DNA of 55,607 bases from the NCBI GenBank assembly GCA_004356555.1, contig SMWY01000002.1, positions 1 through 55,607 of the forward strand, read 5' to 3'. The notes beneath the pieces are model-generated. The model was given only the letters and a program-made list of their open reading frames with translations. It was not told the origin of the DNA and made no database searches. Each line of letters starts with the position of its first letter. Position 1 is the first letter of the stretch. This document shows positions 38,105 to 47,626 of this stretch, piece after piece. Both the position numbers and the translations under genes were made by a program. The stretch comes from Candidatus Dadabacteria bacterium. GTDB taxonomy: Bacteria; Desulfobacterota_D; UBA1144; Nemesobacterales; UBA2774.

Positions 38105-38189
38105 TTTCTACATTATACGATAATTAATTGAAATTTGTTTAGATTTTAGTATCAATTCTAAAGTGTATAACAAATATTAAGCAAATCAA

Positions 38190-40466
38190 TCAATTTGCTT
38201 GAGTCCCTTCTTCGCTATCTTTTTTACTGCCCTTTTTATTACCACGGGTTTTTCCGCTAAATTTAGATTCTACAATATTGCCATGTTCATCAATGTTTTT
38301 AATATTTCTACACTTAGGATACCCGGTACATCCGACAAATTTGCCGAATCTTCCTTTTCTTTCAGCCATGGGTTTCCCGCACTTTTCACACTTTATATCT
38401 TCTCTTACTAAAGGCTCTTCTCTTTCTATTATCTTAATATTCCCATCCGGATCATATTCAAATGCTTTTGCGTTCTTACAATCGGGATATCTTGAACATG
38501 CCAAGAACTCGCCTCTTCTACTTTGTTTTATAACCATTGGAGCACTGCATTTATCGCACCCTATGTCTTCTCTTAAAACTGGTGCTGCTCTTTCAACTAT
38601 CTTAATGTTCCCTTCAGAATCATATTCAAAAGCCTTTGCGTTCTTACAATCAGGGTATCTCGAGCAAGATAAGAACTCTCCGTTTTTACCCCATTTAATT
38701 ATCATTGGAGCACTACAGTTATCACAGGTAATATTCGTTTCTACACCCTTCATTGATTCCTGTGCTTTATCAAGCCTGTCAGCAAATCCGTCATAAAATC
38801 CCCTTAAAAGCTCCACCCAATTCACATTCCCGTCTTCGACATCATCCAATTTCTCTTCCATATCTGCAGTAAACTGCACATCCATGATTTCCGGGAATCC
38901 CTGAATCAGGAGATCATTTACCGTACGGCCAAGAACTGTTGGTCTTAGCCTATTCTTCTCCCTCAACACATACTCACGATCCTGAATAGTGGAGATAATG
39001 TTCGCATAAGTAGACGGGCGCCCTATCCCCTTTTCTTCGAGCTCTTTTACAAGAGAACTCTCAGAGAATCTTGGCGGGGGTTGGGTGAAGTGCTGCTTAC
39101 CCTCTAGATTTATAAGATCAAGCTTATCCCCCACAGATACATCCGGAAGTTTTCTCATCTCATCTTTCTCTTTTGCTTCCTCTTCCTCCTCTTTACCCTC
39201 AAGATAGACGGCAGAAAAGCCCGGAAATTTTATTATTGACCCTGTGGCACGAAATGTCCCTTTGTCCGCTTCTATTTCCAAAGTTGTCTGATCATAGATA
39301 ATTGGATTCATCTGAGACGCTAAAAACCTCTGCCAAATAAGCTTATAAAGCTTATATTCTTCATCAGATAGAAATTCTTTAATAGAGTCAGGGATTTTAT
39401 TTGCAAAAGTGGGCCTTATAGCTTCGTGAGCATCTTGTGCCGACTTCTTAACCTTAAAGGTATTGGGCGTGGCCGGTAAATACTGATCTTCATAATTTTC
39501 TTTAATATATGATCTTGCCTCAACAAGTGCATCATTTGAAACCCTTACTGAGTCAGTTCTCATATATGTAATAAGACCGACGGGGCCTTCCTCCCCAAGC
39601 TCAATTCCTTCATAAAGCTTTTGAGCAATCGACATCGTTTTCTTAGTACCAAATCTAATCTTGCGGGAAGCTTCCTGCTGAAGAGTACTCGTAATAAATG
39701 GGGGAAGCGCATTCCTCTTTTTATCCTTCCTATCTACGGATGAAACAATGAAATCCCCATTTTTAACCGAATCCAGGATGTGGTTTGATTGCTCTTCCTT
39801 TGATATTTCAACTTTTTCACCTTCAAATTTTGCCAAAGAAGCGACAAAAGAATCAGCAATTTCATCTTCAGTACGTTTTAACTCGGATTCAATAGACCAG
39901 TATTCCCTGGGCTTAAAGGCCTCAATCTCCCTTTCTCTTTCAACCACTAAACGGAGTGCAACGCTTTGCACTCTTCCTGCGCTGAGCCCTTTTCTGACTT
40001 TTCTCCATAAAAGTGGGCTGACCTTATAACCAACAAGACGGTCCAGCACTCTTCTAGCCTGCTGCGCCTCAAATCTATTCTGGCTTATGTCAGTAGGATT
40101 TTCTATGGATTTTTTTACGGCGCTTTTCGTAATCTCATGGATTAATACTCGGCGAGATTTGTCCCAAATGTTTAACTCATTAGCTATATGCCACGCTATA
40201 GCTTCCCCCTCTCTATCAGGGTCAGACGCCAAATAAACTTTATCAGCGTTCTTTGCAGCCTTTTTGAGTTTGTCCAGGTATTTAGCTTTTCCTCTTATCA
40301 CCACGTACTCGGGATTAAAATTATTATCTATATCCACACCGAGCTTACTGGTAGGGAGATCAATAAGATGTCCGGAGGAAGCTTCAACATTAAATTCTTC
40401 GCCCAAATATTTTTTAATGGTCTTAGCTTTCGCAGGAGACTCAACAATTATAAGAGATTTAGACAT
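38190..40466 (-). CDS. topA: DNA topoisomerase I
   Basis: 758 aa. Toprim domain LIIVESPAKAKTI and DPDREGEAI. Active-site region ITYMRTDS. Three C-terminal 4-Cys zinc ribbons. Confidence 0.97.
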   Translation of the reverse strand: MSKSLIIVESPAKAKTIKKYLGEEFNVEASSGHLIDLPTSKLGVDIDNNFNPEYVVIRGKAKYLDKLKKAAKNADKVYLASDPDREGEAIAWHIANELNIWDKSRRVLIHEITKSAVKKSIENPTDISQNRFEAQQARRVLDRLVGYKVSPLLWRKVRKGLSAGRVQSVALRLVVEREREIEAFKPREYWSIESELKRTEDEIADSFVASLAKFEGEKVEISKEEQSNHILDSVKNGDFIVSSVDRKDKKRNALPPFITSTLQQEASRKIRFGTKKTMSIAQKLYEGIELGEEGPVGLITYMRTDSVRVSNDALVEARSYIKENYEDQYLPATPNTFKVKKSAQDAHEAIRPTFANKIPDSIKEFLSDEEYKLYKLIWQRFLASQMNPIIYDQTTLEIEADKGTFRATGSIIKFPGFSAVYLEGKEEEEEAKEKDEMRKLPDVSVGDKLDLINLEGKQHFTQPPPRFSESSLVKELEEKGIGRPSTYANIISTIQDREYVLREKNRLRPTVLGRTVNDLLIQGFPEIMDVQFTADMEEKLDDVEDGNVNWVELLRGFYDGFADRLDKAQESMKGVETNITCDNCSAPMIIKWGKNGEFLSCSRYPDCKNAKAFEYDSEGNIKIVERAAPVLREDIGCDKCSAPMVIKQSRRGEFLACSRYPDCKNAKAFEYDPDGNIKIIEREEPLVREDIKCEKCGKPMAERKGRFGKFVGCTGYPKCRNIKNIDEHGNIVESKFSGKTRGNKKGSKKDSEEGTQAN
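38223..38726 (-). repeat. Three tandem 168-nt (56-codon) zinc-ribbon modules inside topA
   Basis: Module starts (first Cys codon) are at 38726, 38558 and 38390, exactly 168 nt apart. Modules 1 and 2 are near-identical (CD[NK]CSAPM[IV]IK...SRYPDCKNAKAFEYD). Module 3 is diverged. Confidence 0.75.
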
Positions 40467-40660
40467 TCACCCACCTATTTTCATTTTATATTCAGTATTT
40501 AGATTAATCATCAACAAATGAGATTCAATCCAAGATTTTTATATTAGGCATTTTACCTGAATAAATTTTATTGCAAATATTTAGAACAAACTCATTAATA
40601 CTATAATCCAGAGCTATGTGCAAGCAGCAGACATAGTTATTAGAAAAAACACTTGAGTGT

Positions 40661-41965
40661 TTAATTGCCAATACCAACTCCAAAATATTTAAGCCCTAGA
40701 TCTTTTAATGTGTCGGGTTTATATAAATTTCGTCCGTCAAAAATCACTTTACCGTTCATTAATTCCTTTATTTTAATAAAATCCGGTTGCCTGTACTCAT
40801 TCCACTCCGTATTTATTACTAGCGCATCGGCACCCTCGCACGCTTCATAATTAGATTGTGCGTAATCTACTTTGTTTCCGAAATGAGCTTTGGCATTACC
40901 CATAGCTACAGGATCATGCACAGTTACCAAAGCCCCGGCTGAAAGTAGTTTGTCTATAATATAAATTGATGGGGCTTCCCTAATATCATCAGTCTTAGGT
41001 TTAAAAGAAATTCCCCAAACAGAGAATCTTTTTTTCTGAAGGTGTCCTTCAAAGTAATTTTCAATTTTCAGCCAAAAGAGTTCCCTTTGTTTTGTATTTA
41101 CTTCATCAGCTGCTTTACACACCTTAAGTTCATAACCAAATTCGCTCGCAGTATTAATTAAAGCTCTGACGTCCTTAGGAAAACAGGATCCGCCGTATCC
41201 AATACCCGGAAAAAGAAAATGACGCCCTATTCTCTCATCTGAGCCGATTGCTACTCTGACCTCTGAGATGTTGGCACCTAGTAGCTCGCTCAAATTCGCT
41301 ATTTCATTCATAAATGAAATTCTTGTTGCAAGCATAGCATTTGCAGTATATTTCGCAAGCTCTGAGGATCTAATTGATACAACAAGAGCCCTGTCCATCG
41401 ATCTCATAAAAGGGGCGTAAAGTTCCTTTAATATCTGGCCGGCGGATTCGTTATCCACGCCAATTAATACCCTGTCGGGTTTCATGAAATCCTCTACCGC
41501 AGAGCCTTCTTTTAAGAATTCGGGGTTTGAAGCCACATCAAACTTAATATCCGTAACTTTTTTAATCTCATCGCGGATCATCTCAGTAGTCCCGACCGGA
41601 ACGGTGCTCTTTGTAACAATAACCTTGTAATCATCAAGGCTTTTTCCTATTAAGTTTGCGACATTTATTACAGCGCTGGTATCAGCCGACCCATCTCCAT
41701 TTGGAGGAGTGCCTACGGCGATTAGTACTACTGATGAGTTTTTTATCGCGTAATCGAGATCTGTAGTAAAATGAAGACGCTCTTCTTTTAAATTCTTTTT
41801 TACTATATCCTCTAGCCCGGGTTCATAGAAAGTAACCCGACCTTTCTTGAGACTGTTTATCTTCTCTTCATCTATATCAACACAAATTACGTTATTCCCG
41901 CTTCCCGCGAGACATGTCCCGGTAACTAATCCAACATATCCAGTTCCAATCACACTTATGTTCAT
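40661..41965 (-). CDS. ugd: UDP-glucose 6-dehydrogenase
   Basis: 434 aa. N-terminal GTGYVGLVTG Rossmann motif. Catalytic GYGGSCFPKD. Confidence 0.9.
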   Translation of the reverse strand: MNISVIGTGYVGLVTGTCLAGSGNNVICVDIDEEKINSLKKGRVTFYEPGLEDIVKKNLKEERLHFTTDLDYAIKNSSVVLIAVGTPPNGDGSADTSAVINVANLIGKSLDDYKVIVTKSTVPVGTTEMIRDEIKKVTDIKFDVASNPEFLKEGSAVEDFMKPDRVLIGVDNESAGQILKELYAPFMRSMDRALVVSIRSSELAKYTANAMLATRISFMNEIANLSELLGANISEVRVAIGSDERIGRHFLFPGIGYGGSCFPKDVRALINTASEFGYELKVCKAADEVNTKQRELFWLKIENYFEGHLQKKRFSVWGISFKPKTDDIREAPSIYIIDKLLSAGALVTVHDPVAMGNAKAHFGNKVDYAQSNYEACEGADALVINTEWNEYRQPDFIKIKELMNGKVIFDGRNLYKPDTLKDLGLKYFGVGIGN

Positions 41966-42111
41966 AATTAACCTCTAATTTAAAATCATACTAGAATATC
42001 ACGAAAAAATGAATTTGATATAAAGAAAATCCACATTCATAAACAATATCCATATTAAAGCACTATATTTCCGGAAATTGCACCTTATTAAGTTAGTTAG
42101 AACTATAAAGC

Positions 42112-42795
42112 TCAGGTCACAAATCCGTTTCGGAAACCAAATAGTATTAGTCCCGCCCTATTTTTTACTGTGAGCTTCTTAAAAATTTTATATAGATGGA
42201 ACTTCACCGTTTTCTCACTTATATATAGTTCATCAGCTACTTCTCTGTTGGTCATACCGGTTAGAACTAATTTGATGATCTTAATTTCTGTCTCTGTTAA
42301 ATCATATATTTGCCCTTTTACTTCCAATTTTTTGGTTGGATAGGAATATCCGTCTACAACTTTCCCCATTAATTTCCTTTCAGCCCATAGTTCTCCGTCA
42401 AACACGGCTTTCACTGACTTGATAAGGTGTGAAGAATCAACATCTTTTAGCACATATCCCCTGACTCCGGAACGAATGGCGTTTATTAATAGGTTCTCAC
42501 TGTAATCACGATCGATTAGCAAAATTACTTTTGCGTTCTTATTCTTTTTTACCAATCCCAAAATTTTAGTTAGGTTCAGACCTTTAAGTTCTATGCCCAG
42601 AAGTAAAATATCAAAATCAAATTGTTTGCAGGATTCAATCAAATCAATCAAATTTGACACGCCTGAAACAACTTTTATTGCTTTATCCTCTTCTAAAATT
42701 TTAGAAAGTCCTTCCTGAACCAGAGGATAACGACAGGCAACTATGGTCTTAACAACTTCAGCCCTTTTCTTAGAAACTACTTTACCTTGAGCCAC
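42112..42795 (-). CDS. LuxR/NarL-type regulator with a degenerate (Asp-less) receiver domain
   Basis: 227 aa. C-terminal GerE HTH is LTETEIKIIKLVLTGMTNREVADELYISEKTVKFHLYKIFKKL. In the receiver-like N-terminus, the acidic pair is replaced by C21-R22 and the phospho-acceptor position reads LLLG67IELKG. Confidence 0.8.
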   Translation of the reverse strand: MAQGKVVSKKRAEVVKTIVACRYPLVQEGLSKILEEDKAIKVVSGVSNLIDLIESCKQFDFDILLLGIELKGLNLTKILGLVKKNKNAKVILLIDRDYSENLLINAIRSGVRGYVLKDVDSSHLIKSVKAVFDGELWAERKLMGKVVDGYSYPTKKLEVKGQIYDLTETEIKIIKLVLTGMTNREVADELYISEKTVKFHLYKIFKKLTVKNRAGLILFGFRNGFVT

Positions 42796-42893
42796 TTTTC
42801 ATCTACTCCCTGAGCCTATACGGAAATCTTATAAGACTTTCGTATAATACCACAGAGAACAGATTTCAACATACTTTAGTATTAAGTACTAAA

Positions 42894-44965
42894 TTAGTCG
42901 ACTGCGCTTTCGGGAGGTCCGATTAGTGGAGCCTTTACAGGTTTTGCCAGTCCGAGAAAGACGACCATCGCGTCTCCGCCCGGGTTTTCAGGGATGGCTA
43001 AAATCTCCCAGTTGTTAGTAGCCCATACGTTTCCTGAAGGGTCGATCTCAACAGCCGTGCTTCGAGTAAGGCCGTTAAAAAAGTAGCCTTCGGGAGCTAT
43101 CGGGTCGCCGGTCTCAAGTCCGGGAGGACAGTTGTCGGTGTCCTCTCCACAGAGGTATGAAACAGTGCTTCCGTCAAAGTTTGAAACCCACACGTTGTTT
43201 GCGCCGTCGACGGCTATCCCCCAAGGCATTAGCAGCCCGCCGCCTTTAAAGGGTCCTATTTTCGTTCCGTCAGATGTTACCTTAATCACCGCAGCGTCCG
43301 GGTTTATAAAGTCCGGGTCTAAGGTGAGAATGACAATCTGTAGCAAATCCGGAACGGAGTTTCCATCGCAAGGGGCGGTCACAAAAGCCGAGTTCGCGAC
43401 CCAGGCGTTTCCGAAGCCATCAGTCGCTACGCCCATCGGCTGCTTGATCCTGGGCTCAATCTCCCCCTCGTTCGAAACGTTTACTATCAGGTTTCCGTCG
43501 GGATCAAACTTAGCTACGTTAAAGCTTTCATTCCCGGTTACCCAGGCGTTTCCATCAATATCAATCGCAATATCGAATGGAGCAACGACAATTGTTTCCA
43601 TCATCTCGTCCTCTTGTTGTATTACGAATGCCTGGTTGGGCTCGCCGTTCGGGAACTGCGTAACACTGTCGCCGTTACAGTTGGCGATCCAGATGTTTCC
43701 GTCTTTGTCTGAAACCGTACCCTGAGGGAAGTTGATCGTTTTCCCTGCTCCCATAAATCCTCCAATATCGTCTCCGACTGTATTCGGGGAAAGGGGAGTG
43801 CCGTCAGGTGAGAATTTTGATACTGATTGAGCACGGGCATCTTGGTCGAGCATACAACCAATGCCCTGAAAAGCGAAGTTACCTACCCAGACGTTGCCGT
43901 CAGGGTCGAGTGTGATGCCGTAGCCAGCTCCGTAAAGACCGCCGCCCTGATAAGGAGCGCCTGGTGTGCGTCTTCGCCCGTCGGCGTCAGCCTAAGCACG
44001 TGGTCGTCCCCGCACGCTACATCCAATGGGTTGTCTTGAAACACATAGTTATTGGCAATCCATGCGTTCCCCTGAGCGTCGAAAGCCACGTTACCCGGTC
44101 CGTTGATCTCCTTACCGTTTCCGACGTACCTTATAGCAATAATCCATGCTGTTATATCTTCTGTCGATCCAAGAGAAGGTCCGTAGACCTGCTCATCAAG
44201 AGAGAGATCAAAGAGGCCCTCTACGTTCTGCCACGGGAAATGGGCTATATTCACAGCGGCCATTAGGGTGTCTCCGGGCACATCCTCTCCGGGCGTTGTG
44301 GCGAGATCAAACAGCGTATCGCACTCATTTTCGTCGCGCACGCATGCGGCCAGCATATTAGCAAGAGAGTTAAACGCGCCTTGCGTAGTAGTGCTAGAGC
44401 CGTTTGGGAATGTATTCAGGAAAAAAGTAGTATCGCCGGTATCAAGCTCCACCAGTCTAGTCAGTATAGCCGCTGCGTTCTGTAGTCCCGGTGAAGGGCC
44501 GTCGATTTGGTCCTCGTCAAAAAATTGCGCCATTGCATATGCAGTCGCCACAGTCGTCCGCTCATTAATTACCACATCCCTTTCAACCGGCCTCTGACCT
44601 AGTACTGTCGCTAATCTAACTTGCTCAGAAGGAGTTATGCCACTTGTAGAAGCATTGGGCACAAAAATTATCTCGCCAGAAGTTAGATATAGTACAGCAT
44701 CAGGATCTAACGGCGGGTTGTAATTTATACGGAAAAAACCAGTTTCATCGGTTTGAGCTGTTCCTAATATCTCAACTCCTGCTTCAGTCCCGGTACTTCT
44801 GAGAACAACATTGGTAAATTCAATCGGCAGCTCACCGCTCAATACAAAACCGATTATTTCATCTGAGTTATCACCAGATGTGCAAGAGGACAGAAAAATC
44901 CCAGAAGCTAACAGTACAAACAATAAGGTAAAGCGCAGGATTATCCGGTGAAAACAATTAAACAT
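42894..44965 (-). pseudogene. NHL-repeat beta-propeller lipoprotein, split by a -1/+2 frameshift into track ORFs 43883-44965 and 42894-43853
   Basis: N-terminal lipobox LSSC. NHL-type blocks include GNVAFDAQGNAWIAN, GITLDPDGNVWVGN, VSDKDGNIWIAN, IAIDIDGNAWVTG, VATDGFGNAWVAN, IAVDGANNVWVSN and VEIDPSGNVWATN. The block GITLDPDGNVWVGN is only readable by shifting frame near 43955-43975. Total length is 2072 nt, one short of a multiple of 3. Confidence 0.7.
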
Positions 44966-45121
44966 AAGAATCTCCTTAAGTCACGGGGTTTTATGAAACT
45001 TACATCCAATTTAAATTCTCATTCAATAAATATTTTAAGCGATTCGTGTTGCCATCCAGAATCCAATTAATATTTATATTATTCATTCAAAGGGTGAGTA
45101 AATCAAATTTGATATGGATTA

Positions 45122-46228
45122 TTACTTAACCAGAAAATGCTTTCCCGGAAGCTGGGCTATATAATCATTTAACTCAAGGGCAAGTAATATGGAAAGTAAA
45201 TTTGAGGGTTCAATTCCTGTAAGCCTGATTATTTCATCTATATGAAGAGGTTCTCTTTTTAAAACCGAAAACACTTCTCTTTGGTTCTCAGAGAGTGAGG
45301 CAATAATTTTATCAATCCGATCCTCGTCAGACGAATCTTCCCTGTTTAGATTTCTTAACGCTTCTACCTCACTCAAAATATCATCAACTGTTTCAACAAG
45401 CTTGGCGCCTCTTTTGATTAGCCAGTTTGTACCACGGCTGAGTTTTTCACCTACATTTCCTGGAACTGCAAAAACCTCCCTATTTTGATCGAGAGCAAAT
45501 GAAGCGCTTATAAGTGAGCCGCTTCTCTCAGATGCTTGCACCACTACAACACCAAGGGAAAGACCGCTAATTATTCTATTTCTTCTAGGAAAGTTTTGTG
45601 CGAGCGGCGGTGTTCCCAAAGGAAATTCTGAGAGGATCGCTCCATTTTGGGATACTTTTTTATTGAGTTTCACATTTTCGGGAGGATATACAATATCTAA
45701 ACCGCAGCCTAATACGCCAATAGTACGCCCTCCCCTCTTAAGGGCTTCAGACTGAGCAATCGAATCAATACCCCTAGCCATACCGCTTACAATAGTAATT
45801 CCCATAGACGCCAGCTCTCCTGAAAGGGTTTCGGTTATTGATCTTCCGTACCTGTCGGGAATCCTGCTGCCGACAATTGCAATAGAGATATTATCCTCTG
45901 GCAGAATTTCTCCCTTCATATAAAGCAGCGGCGGCGGATTGTAGGTTTGTAATAGCAAACGTGGAAATTCCGGGTCATTAAGAGTAAGTAATTTAATCCC
46001 TCGTTTCTCAATCTTTTCTAATTCCTGATCTACCTTATCCCAATTGTCAAAATTCTTTATGGATTCAATGTGTTTATCGCCAATCCCCTCTACTTTGAGT
46101 AACTCTTTTTTAGGAGCTTTAAATATATCCTCAGGATTTTGGAATTTATTAAAGAGGTTCTTAGTAAATACACCGCCTATCCCACTTACCATACTAAGAG
46201 CAATACAGTATTTCCAATCTTCACTCAT
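45122..46228 (-). CDS. dprA: DNA-processing protein DprA
   Basis: 368 aa. Motifs AIVGSRIPDRYG, IVSGMARGIDS, GCGLDIVYPPEN and FPRRNRIISGLS. Confidence 0.9.
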   Translation of the reverse strand: MSEDWKYCIALSMVSGIGGVFTKNLFNKFQNPEDIFKAPKKELLKVEGIGDKHIESIKNFDNWDKVDQELEKIEKRGIKLLTLNDPEFPRLLLQTYNPPPLLYMKGEILPEDNISIAIVGSRIPDRYGRSITETLSGELASMGITIVSGMARGIDSIAQSEALKRGGRTIGVLGCGLDIVYPPENVKLNKKVSQNGAILSEFPLGTPPLAQNFPRRNRIISGLSLGVVVVQASERSGSLISASFALDQNREVFAVPGNVGEKLSRGTNWLIKRGAKLVETVDDILSEVEALRNLNREDSSDEDRIDKIIASLSENQREVFSVLKREPLHIDEIIRLTGIEPSNLLSILLALELNDYIAQLPGKHFLVK

Positions 46229-46301
46229 ATTGTCAAAAGTATTAACCTTAAATATGCAGGGCAGTCAAGAAATAAGTTATTAATTATAAATTTTGGTACA
46301 A

Positions 46302-46592
46302 CTATAATTTCTCATCTAGGCTAAGCATCTTCCCTTCCATTGTATATGGTTTGTCTGTCCTCTCGCTTATCTTGAGTGAAGTGCTTATACGCTCCACACC
46401 CATCGTTTTAAGCTCTTCATGACACTTTTTCACTAGCGGGATAATATCATCCCAATCACATTCTATATTAGTCCCCATCGAGTGTGATTCATACTTTAGA
46501 CCACTATCTTGAACTACCTTCATCACGCATGCGACATATTCTGAAAGTGAAGTACCAACGCCAATAGGAATTACGCTCAATTCGATTATCAT
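46302..46592 (-). CDS. MTH1187/YkoF-like thiamine-binding protein family (UPF0045)
   Basis: 96 aa. MIIELSVIPIGVGTSLSEYVA...SGLKYESHSMGTNIE. Confidence 0.75.
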   Translation of the reverse strand: MIIELSVIPIGVGTSLSEYVACVMKVVQDSGLKYESHSMGTNIECDWDDIIPLVKKCHEELKTMGVERISTSLKISERTDKPYTMEGKMLSLDEKL

Positions 46593-46715
46593 ACGAACCT
46601 CCTTCTGTGTTAATGCTTAAAAATACATACGGCAAGAAATGCCCTTTGCTTTATTAAGCTCACTTGCTAACCTGTAATAATATCAGATTTTAATATCCAA
46701 AAGGAGGTTTCGCAT

Positions 46716-47129
46716 ATGAAAAGCTTTACGGAGTACTTATGGTTCAACACAGAGCAAAAAAGGGAAATGGTGCATATAACGGACACAATTAGAAATATTG
46801 TGTTTAAGAGTGAGGTACAAGAAGGTTTTGTCCTGGTATCGGCAATGCACATTACGGCGGCGGTTTATGTTAACGACAATGAGGACGGGTTAATTGAAGA
46901 TATTTGGGAGTGGCTAGAAGGCTTAGCACCTTACAAGGAAGATTACAGGCACCACAGAACAGGTGAGGATAACGGAGATGCCCATCTAAAGAACCTTATA
47001 ATGCATCATCAAGTAATTGTGCCTATTACGGATGGCGACCTGGACCTGGGTCCATGGCAGAGGGTATTCTATGCGGAATTTGACGGTGGAAGAAAGAAAA
47101 GAGTGGTTGTGAAAGTGATGGGAGAATAA
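46716..47129 (+). CDS. yjbQ: YjbQ-family secondary thiamine-phosphate synthase enzyme (UPF0047)
   Basis: 137 aa. Motifs [23 protein letters not shown] and [29 protein letters not shown]. Confidence 0.85.
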   Translation: MKSFTEYLWFNTEQKREMVHITDTIRNIVFKSEVQEGFVLVSAMHITAAVYVNDNEDGLIEDIWEWLEGLAPYKEDYRHHRTGEDNGDAHLKNLIMHHQVIVPITDGDLDLGPWQRVFYAEFDGGRKKRVVVKVMGE

Positions 47130-47173
47130 CGCCTTATATTCTAACTTCTCAAATTCATTATAATTAAAAGACT

Positions 47174-47626
47174 ATGAAACAAAAAGAGGATCCTACTAAG
47201 CCCAGATTCTATATTGATAAAAGAGGGAATTGGTTTCAGGACGGAATTAAAATCAAGCACCGATTGACCTATCTATACAACAACAAGTTACTAAGCCGTG
47301 ACGATGAGGGGAGATATTATCTCGATGAAGGAAGCGGGAAACTCTATATTGAAGTTGAAGACACGCCTTTTGTAGTAAAAATGGTAGATAAAAAAGGAGA
47401 CGACTTTTACATTATTCTAAATGACGAAACGGTAGAAAAACTCGATCTAAACACTGTTAACATAAACCATGAAAACATCCCATACGCCAAAATTAAAAAT
47501 AGGAAATTTGAAGCCCGGTTTTTAAGACCAGCTTACTATGAATTTATGAAATATCTAAAAAAAGAGGACGATAACTACTTCATTATGTCAAAGGGAGGAA
47601 AACACGTATTAAAAAAGATCACTTAA
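47174..47626 (+). CDS. DUF1285 domain protein
   Basis: 150 aa. FYIDKRGNWFQDGIKIKHRL...DDEGRYYL...IEVEDTPFVV matches my recollection of DUF1285. Confidence 0.75.
   Translation: MKQKEDPTKPRFYIDKRGNWFQDGIKIKHRLTYLYNNKLLSRDDEGRYYLDEGSGKLYIEVEDTPFVVKMVDKKGDDFYIILNDETVEKLDLNTVNINHENIPYAKIKNRKFEARFLRPAYYEFMKYLKKEDDNYFIMSKGGKHVLKKIT

Noticed and set aside
38278-38796. 172-aa plus-strand ORF, together with 38199-38411, 39748-40029, 40188-40521
   Set aside because: These are antisense shadows inside topA. Their repeats mirror the zinc-ribbon duplication.
43132-43725. 197-aa plus-strand ORF, together with 43622-43861, 43827-44039, 43964-44597
   Set aside because: These are long antisense or alternative frames, which are expected in GC-rich DNA. 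The NHL frame explains the region.
46593-46715. TPP riboswitch between the divergent thiamine-related genes (MTH1187-like and yjbQ)
   Set aside because: The spacer is only 123 nt, and part of it is taken by the two ribosome-binding sites. It lacks the conserved CTGAGA and the paired ACCTGATCTGGATAATGCCAGCG-type elements; only a stray AACCTG is present.
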